Below, piece by piece: positions 11,008 to 19,202 of a stretch of 64,000 nucleotides of DNA. The position numbers were made by a program, and so were the translations under genes. The notes beneath the pieces are model-generated. The model was not told the origin of the DNA, made no database searches, and saw only the letters and a list, made by a program, of their open reading frames with translations. Position 1 is the stretch's first letter, and each line of letters starts with the position of its first letter. The DNA is from an uncultured Candidatus Binatia bacterium (GTDB taxonomy: Bacteria; Desulfobacterota; Binatia; Bin18), in assembly GCA_965214605.1 (NCBI GenBank), contig OZ243961.1, forward strand, positions 3,680,001 to 3,744,000. The letters are read 5' to 3'.

Positions 11008-11014
11008 TGAAAGA

Positions 11015-12001
11015 ATGATTAAACGCTGGCTCTGCCTGAGTCTCCTTTTTGCTGTTGGACTCGTGGCTGACGGCCTTGGCCAGAGCCCTCCGTCCTCCGT
11101 CCAACTCGCCCAACTCAAACAGGTTCGTGACCGTCTGCTCTCGGTTATCCCTAATCCCCCCCAGTTTGAACTCCTGGTGTTCGACAACCCATCCATCAAC
11201 GCTGGGGCCACCTCTGGTCGGCTCCTTTTCTCGACCGGCATGCTCAACTTTGTGCGCTCAGACGACGAACTCGCCGTGATTGTCGGCCACGAGATCGCCC
11301 ATCTCACCCAGGGACATGTGGTCCAGGGGAGGCTCAGGTCCATCCTGCTCAGCTTGGCCAGCCAGCTAGTCGATAACGTCTATCCGGGCGTCGGGGTGCT
11401 GACCGGTCAGATCGGTCGGCTGTTTCTTAACCACTATGACCAGCGCCAGGAGCACGAGGCCGATGCGGTCGGCCTGCGCTATGCGTTTGACGCCGGCTAT
11501 GATCCCTGGGCCGGGGCTGAGGTCATGCGTCGTCTGGCCCGTGAGGTGCCGAAAACGGCCACCGCCAACTTTTTTTCGTCCCATCCGTCCTCTCCAGAAC
11601 GGGCCAACACACTCCAACGGCTCGCCGCCCGGCTGACCGCCCAAGCTTCCGCTTCCCCGCCCACACAAGCTCCCGGCCCGGCCGCTGATTTGGCGGCCTT
11701 GTCACGGTCGCCAAATCAGCAGGTAAGGTCTCGGTTCGGACGTGACAAGGAGTCTTGCCTTCGGGCGCGATCCTACTTCCAGCGCGCCTCAGACACCCAC
11801 GCCTTAGACCAAAAAGTGCAACTCTACCACCGGGGCTTACGCCTGTGTCCGCAGAGCCCACGGGCACGTTTTGAGTTGGCCGAGGTGTATGCCCGTCTGG
11901 GACAGCTCAAGCCCGCGGCCGATGAGCTCCGGGCGGTGTTGAGTTACGATCCGTTTTATCCTGGCGTCCGTCAGCGCTTGCGCAGCCTGCAGGAGCGCTG
12001 A
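11015..12001 (+). CDS. M48 family metalloprotease with C-terminal TPR (BepA/YfgC-like)
   Basis: Signal peptide, INAGA, ELAVIVGHEIAH (HExxH), QEHEAD, SSHPSSPER and a TPR-like tail. Confidence 0.9.
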   Translation: MIKRWLCLSLLFAVGLVADGLGQSPPSSVQLAQLKQVRDRLLSVIPNPPQFELLVFDNPSINAGATSGRLLFSTGMLNFVRSDDELAVIVGHEIAHLTQGHVVQGRLRSILLSLASQLVDNVYPGVGVLTGQIGRLFLNHYDQRQEHEADAVGLRYAFDAGYDPWAGAEVMRRLAREVPKTATANFFSSHPSSPERANTLQRLAARLTAQASASPPTQAPGPAADLAALSRSPNQQVRSRFGRDKESCLRARSYFQRASDTHALDQKVQLYHRGLRLCPQSPRARFELAEVYARLGQLKPAADELRAVLSYDPFYPGVRQRLRSLQER

Positions 12002-12016
12002 CGGTATCCCTTGAAC

Positions 12017-12546
12017 TCAGCGGTGTTTTCCGACGGTGACAATCTCGCTGACGATCTCCGAGAGAGATGCGGTCGGTGTGGCCGGCTGCTGCACCAGACG
12101 GAATAGACTTGACTCGCGCTGAAAAAATCTCTCGGTCTGGCAGGATCCGGGCAATCCGAGGTAGGTGTGTAATCGAAGGGGTGACAAACCTCGTGTAGGA
12201 GGGGGCGAAGGTGCGAAAGGCCACTCCCTAGCCTCGTTTGGCGGTCTGCATCCAGATCTGGAATCCTTACGGCTGCCATTGTTGTACTGAGTGTATAGAC
12301 CGTGTAGCTTACTGCGCTGATTCCGAGGAATGGGATCCCCCGGACTTGTACCCGTACGCTGCGAACGGTGAGTTGACAGCAGATCTGATTCACAATACGC
12401 CGCTCCTCCCCACCTAGGACACTGACCAGAGTCTCCACCACGTCTAACAAGTGCAGGGGAGGTGTCGAGCTTGATCGGGGTGATGACACGATACTGCGAT
12501 CGTACATTCGTTTCTGACATGGATTCTTGACCAGCCAGTCCCGCAT
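12017..12546 (-). pseudogene. Frameshifted remnant of a small HExxH (SprT-like/zincin) conserved protein
   Basis: Fragments in three frames join into QKRMYDRS / VRVQVRG / KLHGLYTQY / QIWMQTAKRG*GVAFRTF / LLHEVCH / ERFFQRESSLF. This matches my recollection of a conserved LHGLY..WMRTAK..VAFRTFLRTLLHE..HLDY..RESSL family. One internal TAG and several frameshifts; SD-like sequence before ATG 12546. Confidence 0.65.
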
Positions 12547-12685
12547 CCTCACCTCTCTGACAGACGACTATTGTGGCCCGGACAAACGAAGACTACAAGG
12601 CGGCCGCAAAGAGCTTTCTCTTTTCTTCTAGACTGAGATAGCGTATGGTGAAGGCTCATTTCGCAACTCACACACAGGAAGCGTC

Positions 12686-13168
12686 ATGCGATCTCTCGTC
12701 AGATGGTGGGGCAGTGCAGTTCTGATTATGTTGGTAGTCGGCACGCCTGTACGAGTCGCCGCGTGTTTTGCCGATTTCTTCCAGCAGCAGAAAGTCGGTC
12801 AGGAAATGACGCTGACCGGGGAGTTTTACCGTTTTCCCCAGACGCGTCGATTTTTTCGGCGCGATTATAAGACCCGCCGAGTTGACTATTTTACCTTTTT
12901 TAGCGTAGCAGTCGTGCCGACCACGATTATCGGCAACGGGGCCATGTCGCAGGAGGCGAGGCCAATCGATTCCTTGCTGTTGCTGTTCCCCGCTGAGGAA
13001 CTCGTCCGAGACCTGCCACAGACGGGTGATAAGATTTGGTTCACCGGAACACTACTCGGCTATCAATACGGCTCAAGCGGCATTACCGAAGCCTTCGGTA
13101 TCGGCGGTATGCCCTATATTTTGCTCAAGCGCTTCTCTGACCAAGCCCCGGACTCTCTCAACCGCTAA
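12686..13168 (+). CDS. Hypothetical exported protein
   Basis: AGGA before ATG, signal peptide ending VAA, beta-rich body. Confidence 0.7.
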   Translation: MRSLVRWWGSAVLIMLVVGTPVRVAACFADFFQQQKVGQEMTLTGEFYRFPQTRRFFRRDYKTRRVDYFTFFSVAVVPTTIIGNGAMSQEARPIDSLLLLFPAEELVRDLPQTGDKIWFTGTLLGYQYGSSGITEAFGIGGMPYILLKRFSDQAPDSLNR

Positions 13169-13212
13169 TCGGCCTTGCCAAGACCCAAAAAAATCTGCAC
13201 GGTCATAGGATT

Positions 13213-14985
13213 ATGACTTGGGATGCGTGGTTTACTCTGGCGGTCGTGGTCGTCGGTATTGGGGCCTTGATTCGGGACTTGTTGGCCCCGGATCTGATCT
13301 TTGTGGGCATGCTGGCCGTCTTGCTAGTGAGCGGTATTCTCTCGCCGCAGGAGGCGTTTGCCGGTTTTTCAAACCCGGAAATTTTGGCCATCGGCGCCTT
13401 ATTTGTGGTTGCCGGGGCGCTCCGCCATACTGGCGCCCTGAGCTTTGTAGCGACTCGCCTGTTTGGCCAGATTACCAGCGACCGACGTGCCCTGTTGCGC
13501 ATGATGCTGCCCACCGCCGGGATCTCCGCCTTTCTAAACAACACCCCGATTGTGGCAATGTTCACGCCGGTTGTGTTTGACTGGGCGCGCCGCCACCACG
13601 TGTCGCCGTCGCGCTTTCTCATTCCGCTGTCCTACGCGACGATTTTGGGCGGGGCGTGTACCCTGATCGGGACGTCTACCAACATGGTGGTCAACGGCTT
13701 GATGGTCAGCGCCGGCCAGCCGGGCATGTCCTTCTTTGAGCTAAGCGCGGTCGGGGTTCCATGTGCTCTGGTCGGCGTGGGTTTTCTGGTCATTGCTGGG
13801 CGTGTTCTGCTGCCCGATCGCAAGGAGCTGCTGGAGAGTCTCGGCGAAACGAGTCGTGAGTATCTGGTTGAACTCGAGGTGACGGCTGAGTGCCCTTTGG
13901 TCGGCCGACCGATCGAAGAGGCTGGGCTGCGCCACCTGCCCGGCCTGTTTCTGGTCCGTATCGAACGGCTTGAGGAAACCGTCTCCCCGGTCGGGCCGCA
14001 AGAACGTATCCGGGTCGCTGACCGGTTAGTCTTCACCGGAGTCGTGTCGACGATTGTCGATCTGCAAAAGATCCGGGGACTGGTACCAGCCGGGGATCAC
14101 CGCGAAGGAGCCGAACGCGTCGGCGAGGGCAATAATCTGAGCGAAGCGGTTGTTTCTGAGGAGTCGCCGCTCAACGGGGTGACAATTCGGGATGCCAATT
14201 TCCGCACCCGCTACGGTGCGGCCGTGGTTGCCGTGCATCGTGGGGGACGCCGGCTGAGTGGAAAAATCGGCGATATTTTGCTCCGCGCGGGAGACACCTT
14301 GTTACTCGAAGCCTCGGCCGGTTTTGCCCGTACCTACCGGAATTCGGCTGACTTTTATCTGGTGTCTGAGGTCGATAATAGCGCGCCGCCACGTTACGAT
14401 AAAGCTATTCCGGCCCTGCTCGCCCTGCTCGCCCTCATCTCTACTGTGGCCATGGGAGTGCTGCCGATGATAACGGCGGCGCTGCTGGCCGCGTTTATCG
14501 TTATCGCGTGCGGCTGTCTGTCCGTGGGGGAGACCCGCAGTGCTGTCGATGTCTCGGTGTTGATTCTGATTGCCGCCGCATTCGGGGTCGGCAAAGCGCT
14601 GGATAAGACAGGGGTGGCTGGATTTTTGGCTTTATTCTTGATCGACCTCGGCGATGGGCTGGGGCTAGTGGGAGTGCTGGCGTTGGTCTATCTGGTCACC
14701 CTACTCTTCACCGAATGTATCTCCCACGCCCCGGCAGCGGTCCTGATGTTCCCCATTGCGCTTGAGACCGCCCAGCAGTTTGGAGTCGATATGCGGCCGT
14801 TTGCGATTACGATTGCGATCGCCGCCTCGGCCGCGTTTGCCTCGCCGCTCAGCTATCAGACCCATCTCATGGTCTATGGACCAGGGGGCTATCGCTTTGC
14901 CGATTTTCTGAAAATCGGTATTCCCCTTGACCTGTTAATCTTCACCGTAGCCATGATTTGTATTCCGTGGGCCTGGCCATTCTGA
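13213..14985 (+). CDS. SLC13/CitMHS family permease with two TrkA-C domains
   Basis: AFAGFSN, SAFLNNTPIVA, TLIGTSTN, two central TrkA-C repeats, PLSYQTHLMVYGPGGYRFADF. Confidence 0.93.
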   Translation: MTWDAWFTLAVVVVGIGALIRDLLAPDLIFVGMLAVLLVSGILSPQEAFAGFSNPEILAIGALFVVAGALRHTGALSFVATRLFGQITSDRRALLRMMLPTAGISAFLNNTPIVAMFTPVVFDWARRHHVSPSRFLIPLSYATILGGACTLIGTSTNMVVNGLMVSAGQPGMSFFELSAVGVPCALVGVGFLVIAGRVLLPDRKELLESLGETSREYLVELEVTAECPLVGRPIEEAGLRHLPGLFLVRIERLEETVSPVGPQERIRVADRLVFTGVVSTIVDLQKIRGLVPAGDHREGAERVGEGNNLSEAVVSEESPLNGVTIRDANFRTRYGAAVVAVHRGGRRLSGKIGDILLRAGDTLLLEASAGFARTYRNSADFYLVSEVDNSAPPRYDKAIPALLALLALISTVAMGVLPMITAALLAAFIVIACGCLSVGETRSAVDVSVLILIAAAFGVGKALDKTGVAGFLALFLIDLGDGLGLVGVLALVYLVTLLFTECISHAPAAVLMFPIALETAQQFGVDMRPFAITIAIAASAAFASPLSYQTHLMVYGPGGYRFADFLKIGIPLDLLIFTVAMICIPWAWPF

Positions 14986-15017
14986 GCCGAGACCTGCCTT
15001 CGGCACCCCACGGTCCG

Positions 15018-16145
15018 CTAACTGAAGCGCGGCATGACTTTTTCGGCAAAGATCTCAAAACTGCGCAACACCATATCATGGGGTAAAAGGCCGTCGCCAA
15101 TTAAGAAGAACATTTCGTCGGTACCAATTTTTGCCGCCAGCTCGATTTTCCGTGACACACTGTCCGCGTCACCGATCAGCGGCTCTGCCACACCTAGCCC
15201 GAACGGAATGCCCCATTTTTCCCAGAACCAGCGGGTATCTTTGAGGGCGCGCTCGGTGTGCTCTGCGTTGTCCGTCACCACCAGCTGTCCTCCTAGGGCG
15301 AGTTCGGTGCCGGGAGTGACGGTGCGACCCGCCTTATCAGCCTCCTCACGATAGATGCTCTGCAGTCGAGCGCACAGTTCTTCGTGCAAGAGAATAATAA
15401 TCGGTTTGCCGCCCTCGCGGGCCCAGTAGCGAATCGACTCGGTATTATGGGTAAAACCGGCGTACAGTGGGGGATAGGGCTTTTGGTAGGGACGCGGAGC
15501 AATACCGACCTGTTCGATGATCATATCTTGTGTTACCCCGGCGCCGTACTGGCTATAGGCCTCCATAGGATGGGGATTCCTGGCCCCCTGAGGCGGGAAC
15601 TGCCAAAACTCTCCCCGGTGGCAGAAGGTGTCGTGCGTCCAGGCTTTCTTAATAATCTCCACGCCTTCTTCAAACACTCGTCGGTTGAGCAGATCAGAGG
15701 CCTGTTTTTTATTCCAGTGTCCGACCGCCTCGACGCCGGGCCGGGTGGCATAGTTCTGGACCCAGCGCGCCTGATAACCGCGTACGAAGGCGACGTTGAG
15801 TCGACCTTGGAGCATATGATCCATCATTGCCACATCCTCGGCCACCCGTAGTGGATTATGGGTGTTGAGCACATAGCCCAGCACGTCTACGCGTAAACGC
15901 TCGGAATGCTGGCCGATGAACATACTCAGCAGACCGGGGCTGCCGGTCGCTTCCATCCCCTCGATCTGTAAGTGATGCTCGGGATGGCCAAAGCCGGCAA
16001 AGCCGGCCTGGTCACAGAACTGGACGTAGTCCTTGAGATTGGTCAGCATGCGCTGATACAGAACCGGATTTTTTCCGGCCATACCGACCTCCAGCTCTTT
16101 ACGGGTTCCAACTGTACCATACGCAATAGCGTGAAATTTCATCAT
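15018..16145 (-). CDS. LLM-class flavin-dependent oxidoreductase (luciferase-like)
   Basis: PEHHLQIEG, NPLRVAEDVAMMDHMLQGRL, PRPYQKPYPP, FAEKVMPRF. GAGG SD before ATG 16145. Confidence 0.92.
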   Translation of the reverse strand: MMKFHAIAYGTVGTRKELEVGMAGKNPVLYQRMLTNLKDYVQFCDQAGFAGFGHPEHHLQIEGMEATGSPGLLSMFIGQHSERLRVDVLGYVLNTHNPLRVAEDVAMMDHMLQGRLNVAFVRGYQARWVQNYATRPGVEAVGHWNKKQASDLLNRRVFEEGVEIIKKAWTHDTFCHRGEFWQFPPQGARNPHPMEAYSQYGAGVTQDMIIEQVGIAPRPYQKPYPPLYAGFTHNTESIRYWAREGGKPIIILLHEELCARLQSIYREEADKAGRTVTPGTELALGGQLVVTDNAEHTERALKDTRWFWEKWGIPFGLGVAEPLIGDADSVSRKIELAAKIGTDEMFFLIGDGLLPHDMVLRSFEIFAEKVMPRFS

Positions 16146-16309
16146 GTTCCTCAAGAATAGTCGCTAGCGCCTCAGCTAAATTCTCGCGTGCAGTGTTCTT
16201 GGTTTTGTCCGGCCTGTTTGCTCCGGGAAGTGCAGGGCAGTATACCATTCCTCGCCCTACTCGATAATCGTACCGATCTCATTTTTTCTCGTAGCAATCT
16301 CCTAAACCA

Positions 16310-16739
16310 GAGCGCTGAGACGGCCTTTCCCTCATCTGCACGGAGAATCGATCCCGGTCTTCCCCTGGAAGCCGTGCCACTGCTCTCGAAGCGCATACGG
16401 TTATATGTGTCTCTGACACCGACCACGTCAGAGATATGGATAATCGTCTCGAACGCTTCTCGCTGGACGAAGAAGCAGCGGGCCTCTCCGTCGCGCCGCC
16501 GTCGGTCTGCTCCGGCAAGTCGGGTTCCCCGGACCTGTCAGTTGAGCGGGCTGTGACTTGCCGGGCTTGTGCCCGCATTGGTCGCTCTCAAGGAACGTCT
16601 GGTGCCAAAGCTCGGGCCCTCACTGGCGGCATCAGCTTCTCGACACTCCTCTCCCGCGGAGCCTCATCCGCCGAGAACCAGCGAAGCTCCAGGTAATCGT
16701 AGAGGGGGGAGAAGCGGGGGAGTCGGGATGGAGCGCCGT
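16310..16739 (-). pseudogene. N-terminal remnant of a Type III restriction enzyme Res subunit
   Basis: ACG (putative dead start) ALHPDSP, then in shifted frames LRWFSADEAPRERSVEKLMPP, FFVQREAFETIIHISDVVGVRDTYNRMRFESSG and DRDRFSVQM. These resemble the recalled Res N-terminus MALHP..RWFPADEALRE..EKLMPP..YFAQREAVETIIYL..MRFDSSG..RRFVIKM. The helicase and nuclease body is missing. Confidence 0.75.
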
Positions 16740-16740
16740 G

Positions 16741-17277
16741 TCAGCGGCTCAACAACCGCTTGTTCGCCGTTAGTATAGATATTCCTTGTCCGTCGAAATC
16801 GCCGTCATCGGTGATCAGCTTTAAGCCCCGGCTGTTACACAGCTCCCGAATAACTTGGTCATTAAAGTCAGCGCGCCCCTCTGTGTACTCGCTCATCAAG
16901 CCAGCTACGTTCAACATTTCAAAGCAGTTTTCAATCCGCGCACAATGGCGCAGCACTCGCTTGATGTTGTCGGCTATTTCTTGAGCGATCGGCTTGAAGC
17001 CTGGGCTGTTGCGGAACTCCTTGAACTTCTTCGTGGAGGCAACGAGCCGCCACTGCTGTCGGGTATAAGCGTTAATAAATTCCGAGACGACGAGGACATC
17101 GATGTAGATATGGCTGCCCGCTTCCAGGATGCGACGAAACGCTGAGGAATACGTGGACATTTTGGGGTTGGTGGGGCGCTGTGGGCCGTAGATAAACAAC
17201 CAGATATTGGCGTCCAGAAATAATTCATCGTCAGACGTGAACTTGTAACCTCCGACATGCGCAACGTCATGCGTCAT
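16741..17277 (-). CDS. PIN-domain protein (putative RNase)
   Basis: FLDANIW, VVSEFIN, DFNDQVI and LITDDGDF supply the acidic PIN residues. ATG 17277 overlaps the upstream gene by 11 nt. Confidence 0.88.
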   Translation of the reverse strand: MTHDVAHVGGYKFTSDDELFLDANIWLFIYGPQRPTNPKMSTYSSAFRRILEAGSHIYIDVLVVSEFINAYTRQQWRLVASTKKFKEFRNSPGFKPIAQEIADNIKRVLRHCARIENCFEMLNVAGLMSEYTEGRADFNDQVIRELCNSRGLKLITDDGDFDGQGISILTANKRLLSR

Positions 17278-17632
17278 CGCCGTTGTCCTCAAGCACTTCC
17301 CGCACCGCGTTATCGAATCTCTCCGGGTCTTGAAAGTATCGCTTGGCTGTCTCGACAACCCGCCTTAACAGGACGACATCATCAGATTCCATGTCTTCTA
17401 CCTTCAGCAAGGTGCGAATCTTATTTTCGTCGAATTCACTGTATAATTGACCGATCGCCGTGTTGAGAAATGCCGACGTCAGTGTGGACACGTTCCGGAA
17501 CGAGAGCGAGACGCGCCGGTTCTGTCTCAGTACAGCGACGATGCGATCGTATACTTTTTGTCCGTCGCTCGACGCGACGCATAAGGGGCTGCCGACGATC
17601 CCGAATATGGATATCGCAATGTCTGTGCTCAT
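17267..17632 (-). CDS. STAS-like domain protein (DUF4325-like)
   Basis: 121 aa from ATG 17632. DGQKVY..VSLSFRNVSTLTSAFLNTAIGQLY, with Thr/Ser at the STAS phospho-acceptor loop. Confidence 0.85.
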   Translation of the reverse strand: MSTDIAISIFGIVGSPLCVASSDGQKVYDRIVAVLRQNRRVSLSFRNVSTLTSAFLNTAIGQLYSEFDENKIRTLLKVEDMESDDVVLLRRVVETAKRYFQDPERFDNAVREVLEDNGDDA

Positions 17633-17639
17633 AGGGGCC

Positions 17640-18512
17640 TTAGAAGATTTCGTGGTCTTCGGGTTCTGAAGCGAGTCTGTAGGAGCTATAGTCTGCGGTA
17701 TTGATTTCCATGCTGACGACCGTCCCTGGAAACGGTTGGTCCAGTGGAGACGTATCAATCCCCTTGTCTTTTCGCTGCCAATACCCAGCATCAGACACTA
17801 TCTGAATATGGCCCCCATTCAAATCAATAAACTCACTCAGCAGTGTCAACCCCAGTCCGCCGGGAATTGTACCGCGCTTGGTCGTATTGTGCTCCCGAGT
17901 GGCCCAGATGATAGCGTCCATCGGAGACAGATTTTTCTGAAGATGGTCGCAGACATTTTTTCGTATGCCGACCCCTAAATCGGCCACGGTAAAATTAAGT
18001 CTGTTCCTGGTAGGAAAAAACTGTCCACAACTAAAAATTCCCAACTCAGTACGGGAGTGCAGCACGGCGTTGCTGAATATCTCGAAAACACTCTCGCGAA
18101 GTTTTTTCAACAGTCCCGGCGACATTGCTGGCATTTCGGGATGGCTGATAAACTCCCGCTCAATATAGTCGGAGAAATATCGGTCGTCTTCAACATCAAA
18201 TCGTTGGTAAGGAATAGTCGTTCCCCAGCGGTCGGGGATGTTCGTCCGACCGTAGTGGCTCAGAAAACCGTTTTTCGACAGGATGCTTTCAACAGCTGGG
18301 GGGAGATTGACCAAATTGACGGTGTTCAGATTGTCTCCCAAGCAATACAGAATTGCGCCGAACGCCGCGCACCTGTCGGCGTCAAGCCAACTCGTTTCCC
18401 TCATGTCAATTTCGACGTCCTCAAAGACACACTGTTTAGTTTGAGAGTGGAAGAGTGCCAAAGCTGCGAAACCTTTGAGGCCGTGGTAAATCGTCGGGAG
18501 AGGAACTCTCAT
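17640..18512 (-). CDS. GHKL ATPase/kinase (HATPase_c) with N-terminal STAS-like region
   Basis: N box EIFSNAVLHS, G1 VADLGVGI, G2 GGLGL, GTVV. N-terminus IDMRETSWLDA..VNLPPAVESILSKNGF looks STAS-like. No TM or HisKA H-box. Confidence 0.85.
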   Translation of the reverse strand: MRVPLPTIYHGLKGFAALALFHSQTKQCVFEDVEIDMRETSWLDADRCAAFGAILYCLGDNLNTVNLVNLPPAVESILSKNGFLSHYGRTNIPDRWGTTIPYQRFDVEDDRYFSDYIEREFISHPEMPAMSPGLLKKLRESVFEIFSNAVLHSRTELGIFSCGQFFPTRNRLNFTVADLGVGIRKNVCDHLQKNLSPMDAIIWATREHNTTKRGTIPGGLGLTLLSEFIDLNGGHIQIVSDAGYWQRKDKGIDTSPLDQPFPGTVVSMEINTADYSSYRLASEPEDHEIF

Positions 18513-18592
18513 ACCGTTACCTCCACATGCGTCATGGCGTCGTTACTGAAAAGGTTCACAACTTTGACGGCAATCTTATACCGTCCCGGCGG
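18509..18592 (-). pseudogene. C-terminal remnant of a Type III R-M Mod methyltransferase
   Basis: PPGRYKIAVKVVNLFSNDAMTHVEVTV* resembles the recalled Mod C-terminus GRRKIAVKVVDIFGNDT..EV. Its TGA overlaps the GHKL ATG (ATGA). An in-frame stop lies about 20 codons upstream. Confidence 0.72.
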
Positions 18593-18865
18593 GCGGTCCA
18601 CATTTCCGGCTGAAGGAGCGTCCTCATCCAAGAAGTTGAATGTCCCAACCCAGAATTATAAAAGGCAATCTGATCGTTAGCTCGAACAACGCTCCTACAC
18701 TCCGTTTGTGTTATTTTTCCCGTGGTCGTTTCTCTACGCCATCGTAACAAACGGTTGGACTCGGACTCATACTGGTTCCTCACGAGCTCTTGAAAGGCCG
18801 CTTGACGATTAATTCTCATGACACAGAGACAAAGCCTCGGTCCCTGCTATAGGTGAGTATTCCCC

Positions 18866-19168
18866 CTAAAACGGCAAAAACCTCCGAAATAGACGGTCGT
18901 CGTCTTTGGGCAGACTACGCTCTTCCTCATCGTCCTCGTCTGAGGAGGCAAAGGGATTGAGGCGGGCAAACAGGCCCGGCTTGACGATCACATCCCCCTC
19001 TCGGGGTTCCACATCTTCAGGGCCGGCATAGACAGGCATCTCTGAATGAACGTTCTCTTCAATGTAACGCTTCCCAATGAAATGGTCTTCATTCTGGCTG
19101 CCAAAAGGCCACAGCGAACATGCGCTCAGCGTTACACACCACACCAAGCCTAGGAACACATGTCTCAT
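18866..19168 (-). CDS. Hypothetical lipoprotein
   Basis: MRHVFLGLVWCVTLSAC lipobox; last gene of the MoxR operon. Confidence 0.7.
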   Translation of the reverse strand: MRHVFLGLVWCVTLSACSLWPFGSQNEDHFIGKRYIEENVHSEMPVYAGPEDVEPREGDVIVKPGLFARLNPFASSDEDDEEERSLPKDDDRLFRRFLPF

Positions 19169-19202
19169 CGCTTTCTTTGATCCTCTTCTCGGCTCGGGTG
19201 GC

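Noticed and set aside
12002-12685. Long gap as possible tmRNA, RNase P RNA or riboswitch
   Set aside because: No recognisable conserved RNA motifs; better explained by a protein pseudogene.
16172-16778. Cluster of short ORFs on both strands
   Set aside because: Fragments or shadows of the Res-like pseudogene.
18556-18819. 87-aa minus-strand ORF upstream of the kinase
   Set aside because: No recognisable features, and it overlaps the Mod-like remnant in a different frame; probably spurious.
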